DNA from: a virus
Taxonomy: Duplodnaviria > Caudoviricetes
Direction: 5' to 3' (one strand)
IMG/VR virus record: IMGVR_UViG_3300017766_004124
Span: 1-38,805 of that record
Length of the DNA stretch: 38,805 bases
A model generated the notes under the pieces. The model saw nothing but the letters and a program-made list of their open reading frames with translations. It searched no databases and was not told the origin of the DNA. Made by a program: the position numbers and the translations under genes. Of this stretch, positions 26,179 to 34,797 are shown piece by piece (position 1 is the first letter of the stretch; each line of letters opens with the position of its first letter).

Positions 26179-26556
26179 ATGGATAATAACTTTAAATTAG
26201 CTCTAGCTCAACTTACTAAATATATGCTTGATCAAGGTATGAATATTAAACCCTTACCTAAATTAAAGCTTATAAACAATGATCAAGAAAATGCTTCTAA
26301 TATACTAGGAAGAACAGCACATTATGATCCTAATAACTGTTCAATCACATTATATACTTTAAATCGCCACCCAAAAGATATATTACGTTCATATTCACAT
26401 GAAATGATTCATAGGCAGCAAGATAATGAAGGAAGATTAAAAGGAATTAATACTAATAATACTAATGAAGATGGACCTCTTCAAGAACTAGAACGTGAAG
26501 CCTATGAAAAAGGAAACATGATGTTTAGGAATTGGGAAGATTCACTTAAAAATTAG
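26179..26556 (+). CDS. Small zincin-like (HExxH) protein
   Basis: AHYDP...ITLY...SHEMIHRQQ...ELEREAY. Confidence 0.65.
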   Translation: MDNNFKLALAQLTKYMLDQGMNIKPLPKLKLINNDQENASNILGRTAHYDPNNCSITLYTLNRHPKDILRSYSHEMIHRQQDNEGRLKGINTNNTNEDGPLQELEREAYEKGNMMFRNWEDSLKN

Positions 26557-26596
26557 TCTTGATTTTTGAATAAAATTTTAGTATGTTTATATTTAT
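26556..26596 (+). promoter_or_regulatory. Tandem early-type (GTCT-N20-AGTATGTTTA) and ATATTTAT promoter motifs
   Basis: Early motif at 26556-26589 with the same 24-nt offset as other copies, running into ATATTTAT at 26589-26596. Confidence 0.5.
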
Positions 26597-26614
26597 AACA
26601 AATATTACAATATA

Positions 26615-27139
26615 ATGAGAAATTTTTATGAAGTAGAAGATGATGGAAATTTTTCGAGTGAAAAAATAGAATACAATCTATCAATTACTCCATTAAATGT
26701 TTCTATTGAAGACACTGAAAAAGCATTTGATAACATAGATAATTATGGATCTTACATATCTTCTATGAGAAGCACTCAAGCTGGTTTACAAAAAGCACTT
26801 GAAGATCACTTTGGTCCTTCATCACCTCAAACAAAGAAATCTTTAGAGAAAAAAAGAGGATTTCCTTTTCCAATTAGAACAAAACAATCTATTGATGATT
26901 TTATTAAATCGTATCAATCTAAACCTAATTTAGTAAAATTTTATACTACTGATAGCTCATTAGTTTTTCCTCAAAAGCAAAATCTTAATCAAAGATTTAC
27001 TAAATCTATAATTAAAACAGTATTAGATAATGCTGGTATTAAGTATAAAGAAGAAGAAATTGAGATTAGTGAAAATGTTTTAAAATTAAAATCTATAGTT
27101 AAAGAAATCCTAAAAAATGAAAGATACCGTTCTAAATAA
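26615..27139 (+). CDS. Hypothetical protein with C-terminal leader-like helix
   Basis: Ends ISENVLKLKSIVKEILKNE. Confidence 0.75.
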   Translation: MRNFYEVEDDGNFSSEKIEYNLSITPLNVSIEDTEKAFDNIDNYGSYISSMRSTQAGLQKALEDHFGPSSPQTKKSLEKKRGFPFPIRTKQSIDDFIKSYQSKPNLVKFYTTDSSLVFPQKQNLNQRFTKSIIKTVLDNAGIKYKEEEIEISENVLKLKSIVKEILKNERYRSK

Positions 27140-27686
27140 AGAATTTAATAAAAAAGATGTTCAACGTCTTCGTAATCTTGTTCAAGGTAAATACGGAGAA
27201 AAAACATCAACAGGTGTTGGTTATACTAAAAAACATGAAGACCACAATGAGGGAGATGTGTGGGAAGAAGATGGAAGAAAATGGACTATTAAAAATGGTA
27301 TAAAGCAGAATGTTACTAAATTAGATAAAGCTAAAGAAGTAAATTTACTTCCTTTATTTTGTCCTTGTTGTAGTAAATTAATGAAAAGCCGTAATGACAA
27401 ACCCTTTTACAACATACATAGAAAATGTTTTAACTGTGTTATAGAATTTGAAACCAAATTAAAAGCAGAAGGTAAATGGGAAGATTATGAAAAATCAATT
27501 CATAACGATCATATAGATAATTTAATTAAAGAATTTCAAAGTTGGGTTCAAGATGAACTCAAAGAATCTAATTCTTCTTATATTACCGAAAATGGAGTTA
27601 TGGAAAGATGGGTAGGAAACAATAATCAAAAAATTGAAAAAAATATAGAGGAATCTATAGAATTTCTTAAAAACCTCAAAAAATAA
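27117..27686 (+). CDS. Hypothetical protein with zinc-finger-like CxxC...CxxC
   Basis: FCPCCSKLM...RKCFNC. Confidence 0.75.
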   Translation: MKDTVLNKEFNKKDVQRLRNLVQGKYGEKTSTGVGYTKKHEDHNEGDVWEEDGRKWTIKNGIKQNVTKLDKAKEVNLLPLFCPCCSKLMKSRNDKPFYNIHRKCFNCVIEFETKLKAEGKWEDYEKSIHNDHIDNLIKEFQSWVQDELKESNSSYITENGVMERWVGNNNQKIEKNIEESIEFLKNLKK

Positions 27687-27687
27687 T

Positions 27688-28281
27688 ATGGAATATATAC
27701 TACCAGTAACAATAGCTGTCATTACCACTTTAATAAGTCCTATTGTAGTAGAATGGGTTAAAAATAAAGTTATTAATAAAAAACAGGACCCATTAAATGA
27801 AGCTATTAAACATAACGAAGAAATAAATCATCAATTAGAAGTAATTTTAGATGAACTAGAAGGAGATAGAGTATGGATAGCAATGTTCCATAACGGAGGA
27901 CATTTCTACCCCACAGGAAAATCAATCCAAAAATTCTCTATATTTCATGAAAGAACCCATTTAGAATCAGATTCAATAATGGATACGTTCCAAAATATCC
28001 CTGTATCTTTATTCCCCAAATGCTTATCTAAAATATACAAAGATCAAGAATTATCTTTATCAAAAGATAAAATATATGATTTTAATTTTTTCTCTAAAAA
28101 TCAAGATATAAATGCTATAGAAATGTTTTCTATAAAAGATACAGAAAACAGATTTATAGGAATAATGACAGTTGAATTTAAAAACCCAATAAAACTAGAT
28201 AAAGATCAATACATATTTATACGTCAGAAATTAGGAATAATAGGAGGTATACTTTCTCAATACTTAAAAAAACAAAAATAA
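27688..28281 (+). CDS. Single-TM protein with GAF-like domain, candidate T4 T-type holin
   Basis: N-terminal TM helix; LEVILDELEGDRVWIAMFHNG...FIGIMTVEF GAF-like pattern. Confidence 0.55.
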   Translation: MEYILPVTIAVITTLISPIVVEWVKNKVINKKQDPLNEAIKHNEEINHQLEVILDELEGDRVWIAMFHNGGHFYPTGKSIQKFSIFHERTHLESDSIMDTFQNIPVSLFPKCLSKIYKDQELSLSKDKIYDFNFFSKNQDINAIEMFSIKDTENRFIGIMTVEFKNPIKLDKDQYIFIRQKLGIIGGILSQYLKKQK

Positions 28282-28611
28282 ATGGAAGATAATTTTAACA
28301 TACATAAATGGAATAAAGATAGATATTTAAAAGAAGTTGGAGAAGAACCTTATAGAACAGCTATGCAAAATCTGGCTGCTAAAGCAGGTATTGAATATTC
28401 CAATTCTCCTAATAAAATGCTTTATCCTTACATTGTTGCGAGCAACAATGATAATATAGAAGTAAGAGCTACAAACGATTTAAAAGCAATAAATAAAGCT
28501 TTAGAAAATGGGTTACCTCAAGATAATGAGTTATTAGTGATAAACAATTTAACTAACATTAAATCAAAATTTAAATACAACATTAATACCAATCAATATG
28601 AAAAAATCTGA
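28282..28611 (+). CDS. Hypothetical leader-bearing protein
   Basis: MEDNFNIHKWNKDRYLKE. Confidence 0.7.
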   Translation: MEDNFNIHKWNKDRYLKEVGEEPYRTAMQNLAAKAGIEYSNSPNKMLYPYIVASNNDNIEVRATNDLKAINKALENGLPQDNELLVINNLTNIKSKFKYNINTNQYEKI

Positions 28612-28966
28612 GTTGAAAAAACAAATTAGAGAAGAAATATTATCTACTTTAAACGAAAAAAAGAAAAAAGATGAAGAAACTCCTGAAGTAGAAATTAAAG
28701 ATGAAGAAACTGAAGAGGTTCCTGAAATACCTGCTGAAGATAATATTCCTTCTGATGATTTTGGAGTAGATCCTAAAATTACTAAATTACAAAGTGCTTT
28801 AAAAGCAGCATATGATGCTGCTAAAGAAATGGATGATGAAAAGTTAGTAACTCAAATAGGAAATACTATTACATATTTCACTAGAGCTCATATTGTAACT
28901 GATGAAAAACCAAATTTAACTGAGCTTAAAAAATATATTAATAAAATTATTAAACAAACTATTTAA
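28598..28966 (+). CDS. Acidic leader-bearing protein
   Basis: MKKSELKKQIREEILSTLNE, then an E/P-rich linker. Confidence 0.75.
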   Translation: MKKSELKKQIREEILSTLNEKKKKDEETPEVEIKDEETEEVPEIPAEDNIPSDDFGVDPKITKLQSALKAAYDAAKEMDDEKLVTQIGNTITYFTRAHIVTDEKPNLTELKKYINKIIKQTI

Positions 28967-28969
28967 TAA

Positions 28970-29470
28970 ATGACTAAGCTTGAATTAAAAGATATAATTA
29001 AAAGATTAGTTAAAGATACTTTCAAAAATAAATCTCAAGAATCAACTCCTGAAGAAAAATTACCTATTAAAACTCAAGTTTCTAAATTTGATTTAATAGT
29101 TAAATTTCCTGAATTGATAAATGTGTTGGTTAGTTTAATGACTAATGATTTTGAATTATTTTTAAAAGATATATTCTGGGTTGCTCCTAAACCTACTACA
29201 TTTAAAATAATGTTAATTAACGGGCAACATTTCTTTTTAATATACTCTGAAAGAAGTTGGATTGCTCAAATAGAAGGAAAAAAATATTACTTATTAGAAC
29301 TAAGAGATGCAGAACTAGCTGCAGAAGCTATATCTAGAATTTTAAAATACGGAAAAATATCTTCTTCTTCTCCATCTTCATTAGCTCCTGAAAAATCAAC
29401 TGAAGAAACACCGGCGGAAACTCCTTCAACTGAAGAAACACCCCCAGCTGAAGAAACACCTGCTGTTTAA
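28970..29470 (+). CDS. Leader-bearing hypothetical protein with EETP repeat tail
   Basis: MTKLELKDIIKRLVKD; C-terminal STEETPAETPSTEETPPAEETPAV. Confidence 0.75.
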   Translation: MTKLELKDIIKRLVKDTFKNKSQESTPEEKLPIKTQVSKFDLIVKFPELINVLVSLMTNDFELFLKDIFWVAPKPTTFKIMLINGQHFFLIYSERSWIAQIEGKKYYLLELRDAELAAEAISRILKYGKISSSSPSSLAPEKSTEETPAETPSTEETPPAEETPAV

Positions 29471-29538
29471 CATTATTAATAAAAATGTGGATTATTAATT
29501 TTTCTTTATATATTGATTAATAATTCTTAACTAAATTT

Positions 29539-30291
29539 ATGAAAAAAATAAAACGTTTATATTTTGATATTGAAACTAGTCCTAATATTGGTTTCTTTTG
29601 GCAAGCAGGACATAAGGTTAATATAGGTTATGATAGTATAATCAAAGAAAGAGCAATCATATGCATATGTTATAAATGGGAAGGTGAAAAAACCATTTAT
29701 TCTTTAACATGGGATAATAACCAGGATGATAAGAAACTTCTAAAAGACTTTATAGCAATAGCCAATACAGCTGATGAACTTGTAGCACACAATGGAGATA
29801 GATTTGATCTTCCTTGGATTCGTACTCGTTGTTTATATCATAGATTAGATATGTTTCCTAATTATACAACAATAGATACTTTAAATCATGCTAGAAGAAA
29901 ATTTAAATTTAATAGCAATAGATTAGATTATATTTCAAAATTTTTGGGTGTAGGAGGTAAAATAACTACTAATTATGATTTATGGAAAAGTATTGTTTTA
30001 GATAATAATAAAACAGCTCTTAAAAAAATGGTTGAATATTGTAAAGGTGACATAAACATTTTAGAAAAAATTTATAAAATAATGTCATTACATTTACCTA
30101 ACAAAACCCATTTTGGGGCATTAATAGGAAATGGAAAATATTCATGTCCGGAATGTGGTGGGCTTCATCTTACAAAAGCATCTAGAAGAACTACCTCTAC
30201 AGGAATAACTCGTTTACAACTCAAATGTAAAGATTGCAATAAATATCATACAGTTCCTGAAAAATCTTATGAAAAATTTTTTAAAGAATAA
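29539..30291 (+). CDS. DEDD/DnaQ-superfamily 3'-5' exonuclease (RNase_H_2/YprB-like) with C-terminal zinc ribbon
   Basis: YFDIETS, AHNGDRFDLPWI, IDTL, YCKGD; CPECG...CKDC. Confidence 0.9.
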   Translation: MKKIKRLYFDIETSPNIGFFWQAGHKVNIGYDSIIKERAIICICYKWEGEKTIYSLTWDNNQDDKKLLKDFIAIANTADELVAHNGDRFDLPWIRTRCLYHRLDMFPNYTTIDTLNHARRKFKFNSNRLDYISKFLGVGGKITTNYDLWKSIVLDNNKTALKKMVEYCKGDINILEKIYKIMSLHLPNKTHFGALIGNGKYSCPECGGLHLTKASRRTTSTGITRLQLKCKDCNKYHTVPEKSYEKFFKE

Positions 30292-30294
30292 CCC

Positions 30295-30528
30295 ATGATA
30301 AAATTACTTGATCTATTACCAGAAAATACAGATAGAATTGAAATAAAAAATATAAACTACTATCAACAAATACTTAATATGTCCAGTAATATATCTATTT
30401 CTACTAGAAATTTTTTTCAATCTGTAATTGATAGTATTAAAAAACAAAATAATTTTGCAACTCGTAGACAACACGAACAACTTCTTCGATTAAAATCTGG
30501 TGATTTTAAGTATCATAGCAAAAATTGA
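30295..30528 (+). CDS. Small leader-bearing protein
   Basis: MIKLLDLLPE. Confidence 0.7.
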   Translation: MIKLLDLLPENTDRIEIKNINYYQQILNMSSNISISTRNFFQSVIDSIKKQNNFATRRQHEQLLRLKSGDFKYHSKN

Positions 30529-30542
30529 TAATATGTATCACC

Positions 30543-31670
30543 ATGACACCACGTATAAAACCTATTATAGAAAAATTAATTGAAGGATATCATTTGCCTT
30601 CTAAATCATGTTCGTGTGGCTGCAATACCTGTGAAAGTGTTGGAAATAAGGGTCCTATATTAAATGAAAATTTAATTTCACCCAAACCTATATCCAATAA
30701 TCTTAAATACCATATAGACAATAAAAAACCACTTACTGAAAATACATTTAGATATGGTTCACAAGCTTTTTTAGATTTATGGAAAGAAGCAAGACATTTA
30801 TATGTTCGTGAAATTATTCATTTATCGGAAGATGATAAAGAAATAATTACTGAAACTAATTTAGGTGAATGGGGAATGTTTGAAGGAAAATTAGTTCCTT
30901 TAGATTTACCTTTAGAATATAAAAATCCATATGAACCTATTTTAGAAGATATTGAAATATATGGTAAAGTTTACGAATCGGTAAATATAGAAAACTCATA
31001 TCCTGTAAAGGATGTCGAATCTGATGGAGTAAGTAATAATTTTATATTTACTGATAAACATGGGATTAAAAGAAAACTTCAATTTTTTAAAGGAAATAGT
31101 GTTAAATTATTATGGTTTAATCCCTCTACTCAAGAATGGACAACAGATGATATACCACGCAAATATGAAGATGAAAAAGTAATGAATACTTTTGGTATGA
31201 TACTTGTTAAAGTAATATTACCTAAATACGGTTCATTCCATTTTAAAGCATTAAATGCGGCTAGATATCGCCTGTTTAGAGCTCTAATATATAATAGTTT
31301 AGATACTTCAAAATATGAGATGGATTTTGATGATGAAAATAAAGAAATTGAAGTATATAAAAAAGAAAACTTAACTGAAGTTGATAAAAAGAAAAAAAAT
31401 CCTCCTTTAAATAAACCAAAACGTGGTGGATCTAAAAAATTCTATGTTTATGTGCGTAATCCTAAAACTAAAAAAATTAAAAAAGTTAGTTTTGGTGATA
31501 CAACCGGTTTATCTGCTAAAATAAATAACCCAAAAGCACGTAGAGCATTTGCGGCACGTCATAAATGTGCTCAAAAAACTGATCGTACAAAAGCATCATA
31601 TTGGAGTTGCAGAATTGGTAGATATTGGAAATCTTTAGGAGGATCGAATAATTTTAGTGGCTATTGGTAA
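30543..31670 (+). CDS. Multi-module leader-bearing protein with very basic C-terminal domain
   Basis: Start moved from 30525 to ATG 30543 (after ATATGTATCACC); CSCGCNTC; C-terminal KKFYVYV...KKVSFG...FAARHKC...YWSC. Confidence 0.75.
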   Translation: MTPRIKPIIEKLIEGYHLPSKSCSCGCNTCESVGNKGPILNENLISPKPISNNLKYHIDNKKPLTENTFRYGSQAFLDLWKEARHLYVREIIHLSEDDKEIITETNLGEWGMFEGKLVPLDLPLEYKNPYEPILEDIEIYGKVYESVNIENSYPVKDVESDGVSNNFIFTDKHGIKRKLQFFKGNSVKLLWFNPSTQEWTTDDIPRKYEDEKVMNTFGMILVKVILPKYGSFHFKALNAARYRLFRALIYNSLDTSKYEMDFDDENKEIEVYKKENLTEVDKKKKNPPLNKPKRGGSKKFYVYVRNPKTKKIKKVSFGDTTGLSAKINNPKARRAFAARHKCAQKTDRTKASYWSCRIGRYWKSLGGSNNFSGYW

Positions 31671-31681
31671 AATTTACAATT

Positions 31682-32023
31682 ATGAATAAATCTCAATTAA
31701 AACAAATAATTAAAGAAGAATTGAATAACTATATGTTCTTTCAAAATCTTAAAAATATCAAAAGAACAGTTGATGAATTACTTAAGATGGATGAAAGTAT
31801 GGTTAATATGGTTTTATCTAACGGGCATGATTGGGCAAATGATCATATTGCTACTTCAAAAGACGATGTTGAAGAAGTATATAATTTTTTAATTAATTAT
31901 AAAAGCTCAAATTTGGATGAAAAAGCAGAATTTACTAAAAAATATGATGATGATCCTAAATTAAAAGGAAAACAAAAAAATCTTCCTGATAACATACAAC
32001 GATTAATAACTAAGAAAAAATAA
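31682..32023 (+). CDS. Leader-bearing hypothetical protein
   Basis: Likely start at ATG 31682 (MNKSQLKQIIKEEL); GHDWANDHI motif; second module after NLDE. Confidence 0.7.
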   Translation: MNKSQLKQIIKEELNNYMFFQNLKNIKRTVDELLKMDESMVNMVLSNGHDWANDHIATSKDDVEEVYNFLINYKSSNLDEKAEFTKKYDDDPKLKGKQKNLPDNIQRLITKKK

Positions 32024-32026
32024 ATT

Positions 32027-32392
32027 ATGGAAAACTTTACAAAACTTATCTCTTATTTAATGCATTCACGAACACAAGCTCATGTGTATCATTTACAAAC
32101 ACCTTCATTTGCGGCACACATGGCTTTAAACACATATTATACGGGGATAGTAGATATTATAGATGGTTTAGTTGAATCATATCAAGGAAAATATGGTATT
32201 TTAACTGGATATAGTTCACCACCATTAATGGAATATCAAAGTTGTGAAGCAATTCAAGCATATTTTAAAGCATTATCTATTACAATATCTCAATGCAGAC
32301 AAGATATCCCAGACTCATATATTCAAAACCAAATTGATACAGTAGAAGAATTAATTGTTTCTACTTTATATAAATTAAAATTTCTTCAATGA
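32027..32392 (+). CDS. Dps/ferritin-like four-helix protein (DUF5856-like)
   Basis: QAHVYHLQT..FAAHMAL..YY......D.LVE.YQG; ends TLYKLKFL. Confidence 0.75.
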   Translation: MENFTKLISYLMHSRTQAHVYHLQTPSFAAHMALNTYYTGIVDIIDGLVESYQGKYGILTGYSSPPLMEYQSCEAIQAYFKALSITISQCRQDIPDSYIQNQIDTVEELIVSTLYKLKFLQ

Positions 32393-32778
32393 TTAGCCTC
32401 ATAGAATTAATAGAACAAATCATTTCAGAGAAAAAAGCAGATCGCTGTCTTCGTATTGCAAGACGTAAATATAAAAAACCATCTGCTTATAGATCGGGAG
32501 CAACTGAAAGATGTAGACAAGGAGATATTTGGAAAGATTTAAAAGAAATTATTCAAGAAATTATTCAAGAAGACGAATCACTTCGTAAATGGTTCAAACG
32601 CCAAGGCCCATCAGGTAAAGAAGGTGGGTGGGTAGATTGTAACACTTGTAGAGATGGTAAATGTAAAGCATGTGGTAGAAAAAAAGGCGAAAAACGCTCT
32701 AAATACCCATCATGCCGTCCTACACCATCTCAATGTAAAACACCTGGTAAAGGTAAAAAATGGGGTAAAACAAAATGA
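32389..32778 (+). CDS. Two-module basic, Cys-rich leader-bearing protein
   Basis: MISLIELIEQIISE + DRC...PSAYRSG..RCR; LKEIIQEIIQEDE + SLRKWF...WVDC...CGR...YPSCRP. Confidence 0.75.
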   Translation: MISLIELIEQIISEKKADRCLRIARRKYKKPSAYRSGATERCRQGDIWKDLKEIIQEIIQEDESLRKWFKRQGPSGKEGGWVDCNTCRDGKCKACGRKKGEKRSKYPSCRPTPSQCKTPGKGKKWGKTK

Positions 32779-33035
32779 TTAAATTAATAGACTTACTTAA
32801 AGAACACTCTTCAGAAGAGCTTTCTCCTTACATGTATTCATCTGTAGGATTTGGTTGCCATGTTTGTAAATACTTGAATTATAATAAAGATGAAAGTAGA
32901 TATACTTGTGGTAGTACTAATTATCAAGAATATATGAAAACACATTATTTATTAGATCCTGAAACTAGAGAACCGGTTTCTAAAGAAAATTTAAAAAACT
33001 ATTGTTCAAATTGGTTTGAACCTAAAAATAAATAA
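32775..33035 (+). CDS. Small four-Cys leader-bearing protein
   Basis: MIKLIDLLKE; CHVC...C...CSNWF. Confidence 0.75.
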   Translation: MIKLIDLLKEHSSEELSPYMYSSVGFGCHVCKYLNYNKDESRYTCGSTNYQEYMKTHYLLDPETREPVSKENLKNYCSNWFEPKNK

Positions 33036-33056
33036 TATTTATTAAAAATACCTAAA

Positions 33057-34160
33057 ATGGAAGAAATAACACTTAGAAAATTAATCCAAGAAGAAATTAA
33101 AACGGCGTTGGTTGAAGAAATATTAACTGAAGAGAGATTAGCTGAAGAATTACTAGAAGAAGGTAAATTAGCTAATTGGGCTCTAGCAGGTTTAATGACT
33201 TTAGCTTCTGTAGCGGGTATAGGTCAAACATCAAAAATAGGAAATGAACAAGATATCAAAAATGCTGAAAGAGTTAACCAAATGCTCAAATCAAATCCTG
33301 AACAATTTAAAAAAATATTGGATCAAGCTGATTTTAAAATAAATGATGAAAATTTACAAAAATTAAAAAAAATTGATGCTGAAGATATTAGAACTATCTC
33401 AACTACAAGCCCTAAATTAGTTAAAAGCAAATTAAAAAGTGGCAAATTTGCTATTTCAGGTATTGAAACAAAAAAGGATACTGTTGAACTTATTACAAAA
33501 GGCACTCCAGTTACTATAAATAGTTCAATAGATTTAAAATATGGTGGGCAGACTTTTAAAACAGGTACGTTTGATTTAAATGAAGATATTAAAGATAATT
33601 TAAAAAATACCATAGATAGTATTTTAAAAATGAATGGAAAGATAACTAAAATATACATTGAATCTTCTACAGATCAACAACGTATGCCTTCTTTTGTAAG
33701 TAAAACAGATCCTACAGGAAATATTACTTTAGCTCAAAAAAGAAGTGAAAGTTTAGAAAATTACATAAAAACCCTAGTATCAGACGTTCAACCAACTGTA
33801 AAAAACAATCCAAATAATATAAAGGGTGGAGTTACTGCTGATCAATTTAAACAAGCTGATATAGACGCTAAAAAAACAGGAGACAATACTGAATTAGATT
33901 CATTGAAAAAACAAGCTCAAGTCGATAGATATAATCTAGTAAGAATTGACTTCACAACTGATCAACCCGCTCCTGAAGATAGTACTACTATAAAAATATT
34001 AGAAAAAAATTACTATACTCTTATATATAAAGCAACAGGTACTAAACAAATTCAAGGAGGGAAAAAAGGAGGATTTTCGTTTAAAAGTGGAAAAGGGAGT
34101 ATTAATTGTAAAAGCTTATCAATAGATGGAAAAGCTGTACAATGTCCTGCTTTTAACTAA
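33057..34160 (+). CDS. OmpA-like (peptidoglycan-binding) domain protein with acidic leader and internal signal/TM segment
   Basis: FKTGTFDL...IYIESSTD...NITLAQKRSESLENYI matches the OmpA_C pattern; hydrophobic segment at aa 38-56. Confidence 0.65.
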   Translation: MEEITLRKLIQEEIKTALVEEILTEERLAEELLEEGKLANWALAGLMTLASVAGIGQTSKIGNEQDIKNAERVNQMLKSNPEQFKKILDQADFKINDENLQKLKKIDAEDIRTISTTSPKLVKSKLKSGKFAISGIETKKDTVELITKGTPVTINSSIDLKYGGQTFKTGTFDLNEDIKDNLKNTIDSILKMNGKITKIYIESSTDQQRMPSFVSKTDPTGNITLAQKRSESLENYIKTLVSDVQPTVKNNPNNIKGGVTADQFKQADIDAKKTGDNTELDSLKKQAQVDRYNLVRIDFTTDQPAPEDSTTIKILEKNYYTLIYKATGTKQIQGGKKGGFSFKSGKGSINCKSLSIDGKAVQCPAFN

Positions 34161-34741
34161 AAGGCAAAATCCTGTACATAGTACCCGTTACTTATATGAA
34201 CTGAAATAAATTTATTATATGAATTTAATAAATTACATCTGTGACCTCTTCCTTCAGAGCAAGTATCTATTAATAATTCTAATAAAATAGTTTTAAAATC
34301 ACCTTTTTCATAAAGATATTTATTTATTTTTCCAACGTTTTCTGAAACAGAACTGAATTTTAAATGTTTAAATCTTTCACTTGACGACTTTCCATCGATA
34401 CTTGCATGTGTGATATTATTTATAGAAACTAAGTACTCTGTATGATCTTTAGTAATGTTAAACATATCTTTATTTATACTCAAAACAGATAAAGAAGGTA
34501 AAGTTTTCAATAATTTAACTAATTCATCAGCAGCTATGGCTTCTTTTTTAAGAAGTAATGGATTATTTTTTAACAAAGCTTGTCTTAATTTAACATATTC
34601 TTGAACTAAAGGAATGTATGATTGTGGATTAGTTCTTAAATTATTAATCTCAGCTACCATAGCTGAATCTTTAGATGTAAAGGATTGACTATTAACTTTT
34701 AAACTAAAAAAAACTAATATTATTGTTGCTAAATTTTTCAT
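34157..34741 (-). CDS. Secreted CAP (SCP/Tpx-1/Ag5/PR-1) domain protein
   Basis: Signal peptide MKNLATIILVFFSLKVNS-Q; EINNLR, ITH, SENVG, LLID...GHRCNLLN. Confidence 0.85.
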   Translation of the reverse strand: MKNLATIILVFFSLKVNSQSFTSKDSAMVAEINNLRTNPQSYIPLVQEYVKLRQALLKNNPLLLKKEAIAADELVKLLKTLPSLSVLSINKDMFNITKDHTEYLVSINNITHASIDGKSSSERFKHLKFSSVSENVGKINKYLYEKGDFKTILLELLIDTCSEGRGHRCNLLNSYNKFISVHISNGYYVQDFAF

Positions 34742-34763
34742 AACTCTTATTTTTATTTATATT

Positions 34764-34797
34764 TAAACATACAATATTTTTTATAAAAAACAACGAC
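34764..34797 (-). promoter_or_regulatory. Early/host-type promoter for the CAP gene (GTCG-N20-TGTATGTTTA)
   Basis: Reverse complement GTCGTTGTTTTTTATAAAAAATATTGTATGTTTA, same spacing as 427 and 832. Confidence 0.7.

Noticed and set aside
24584-26600. Complete diversity-generating retroelement
   Set aside because: No reverse transcriptase or template repeat visible in the window; kept only as a possible remote target
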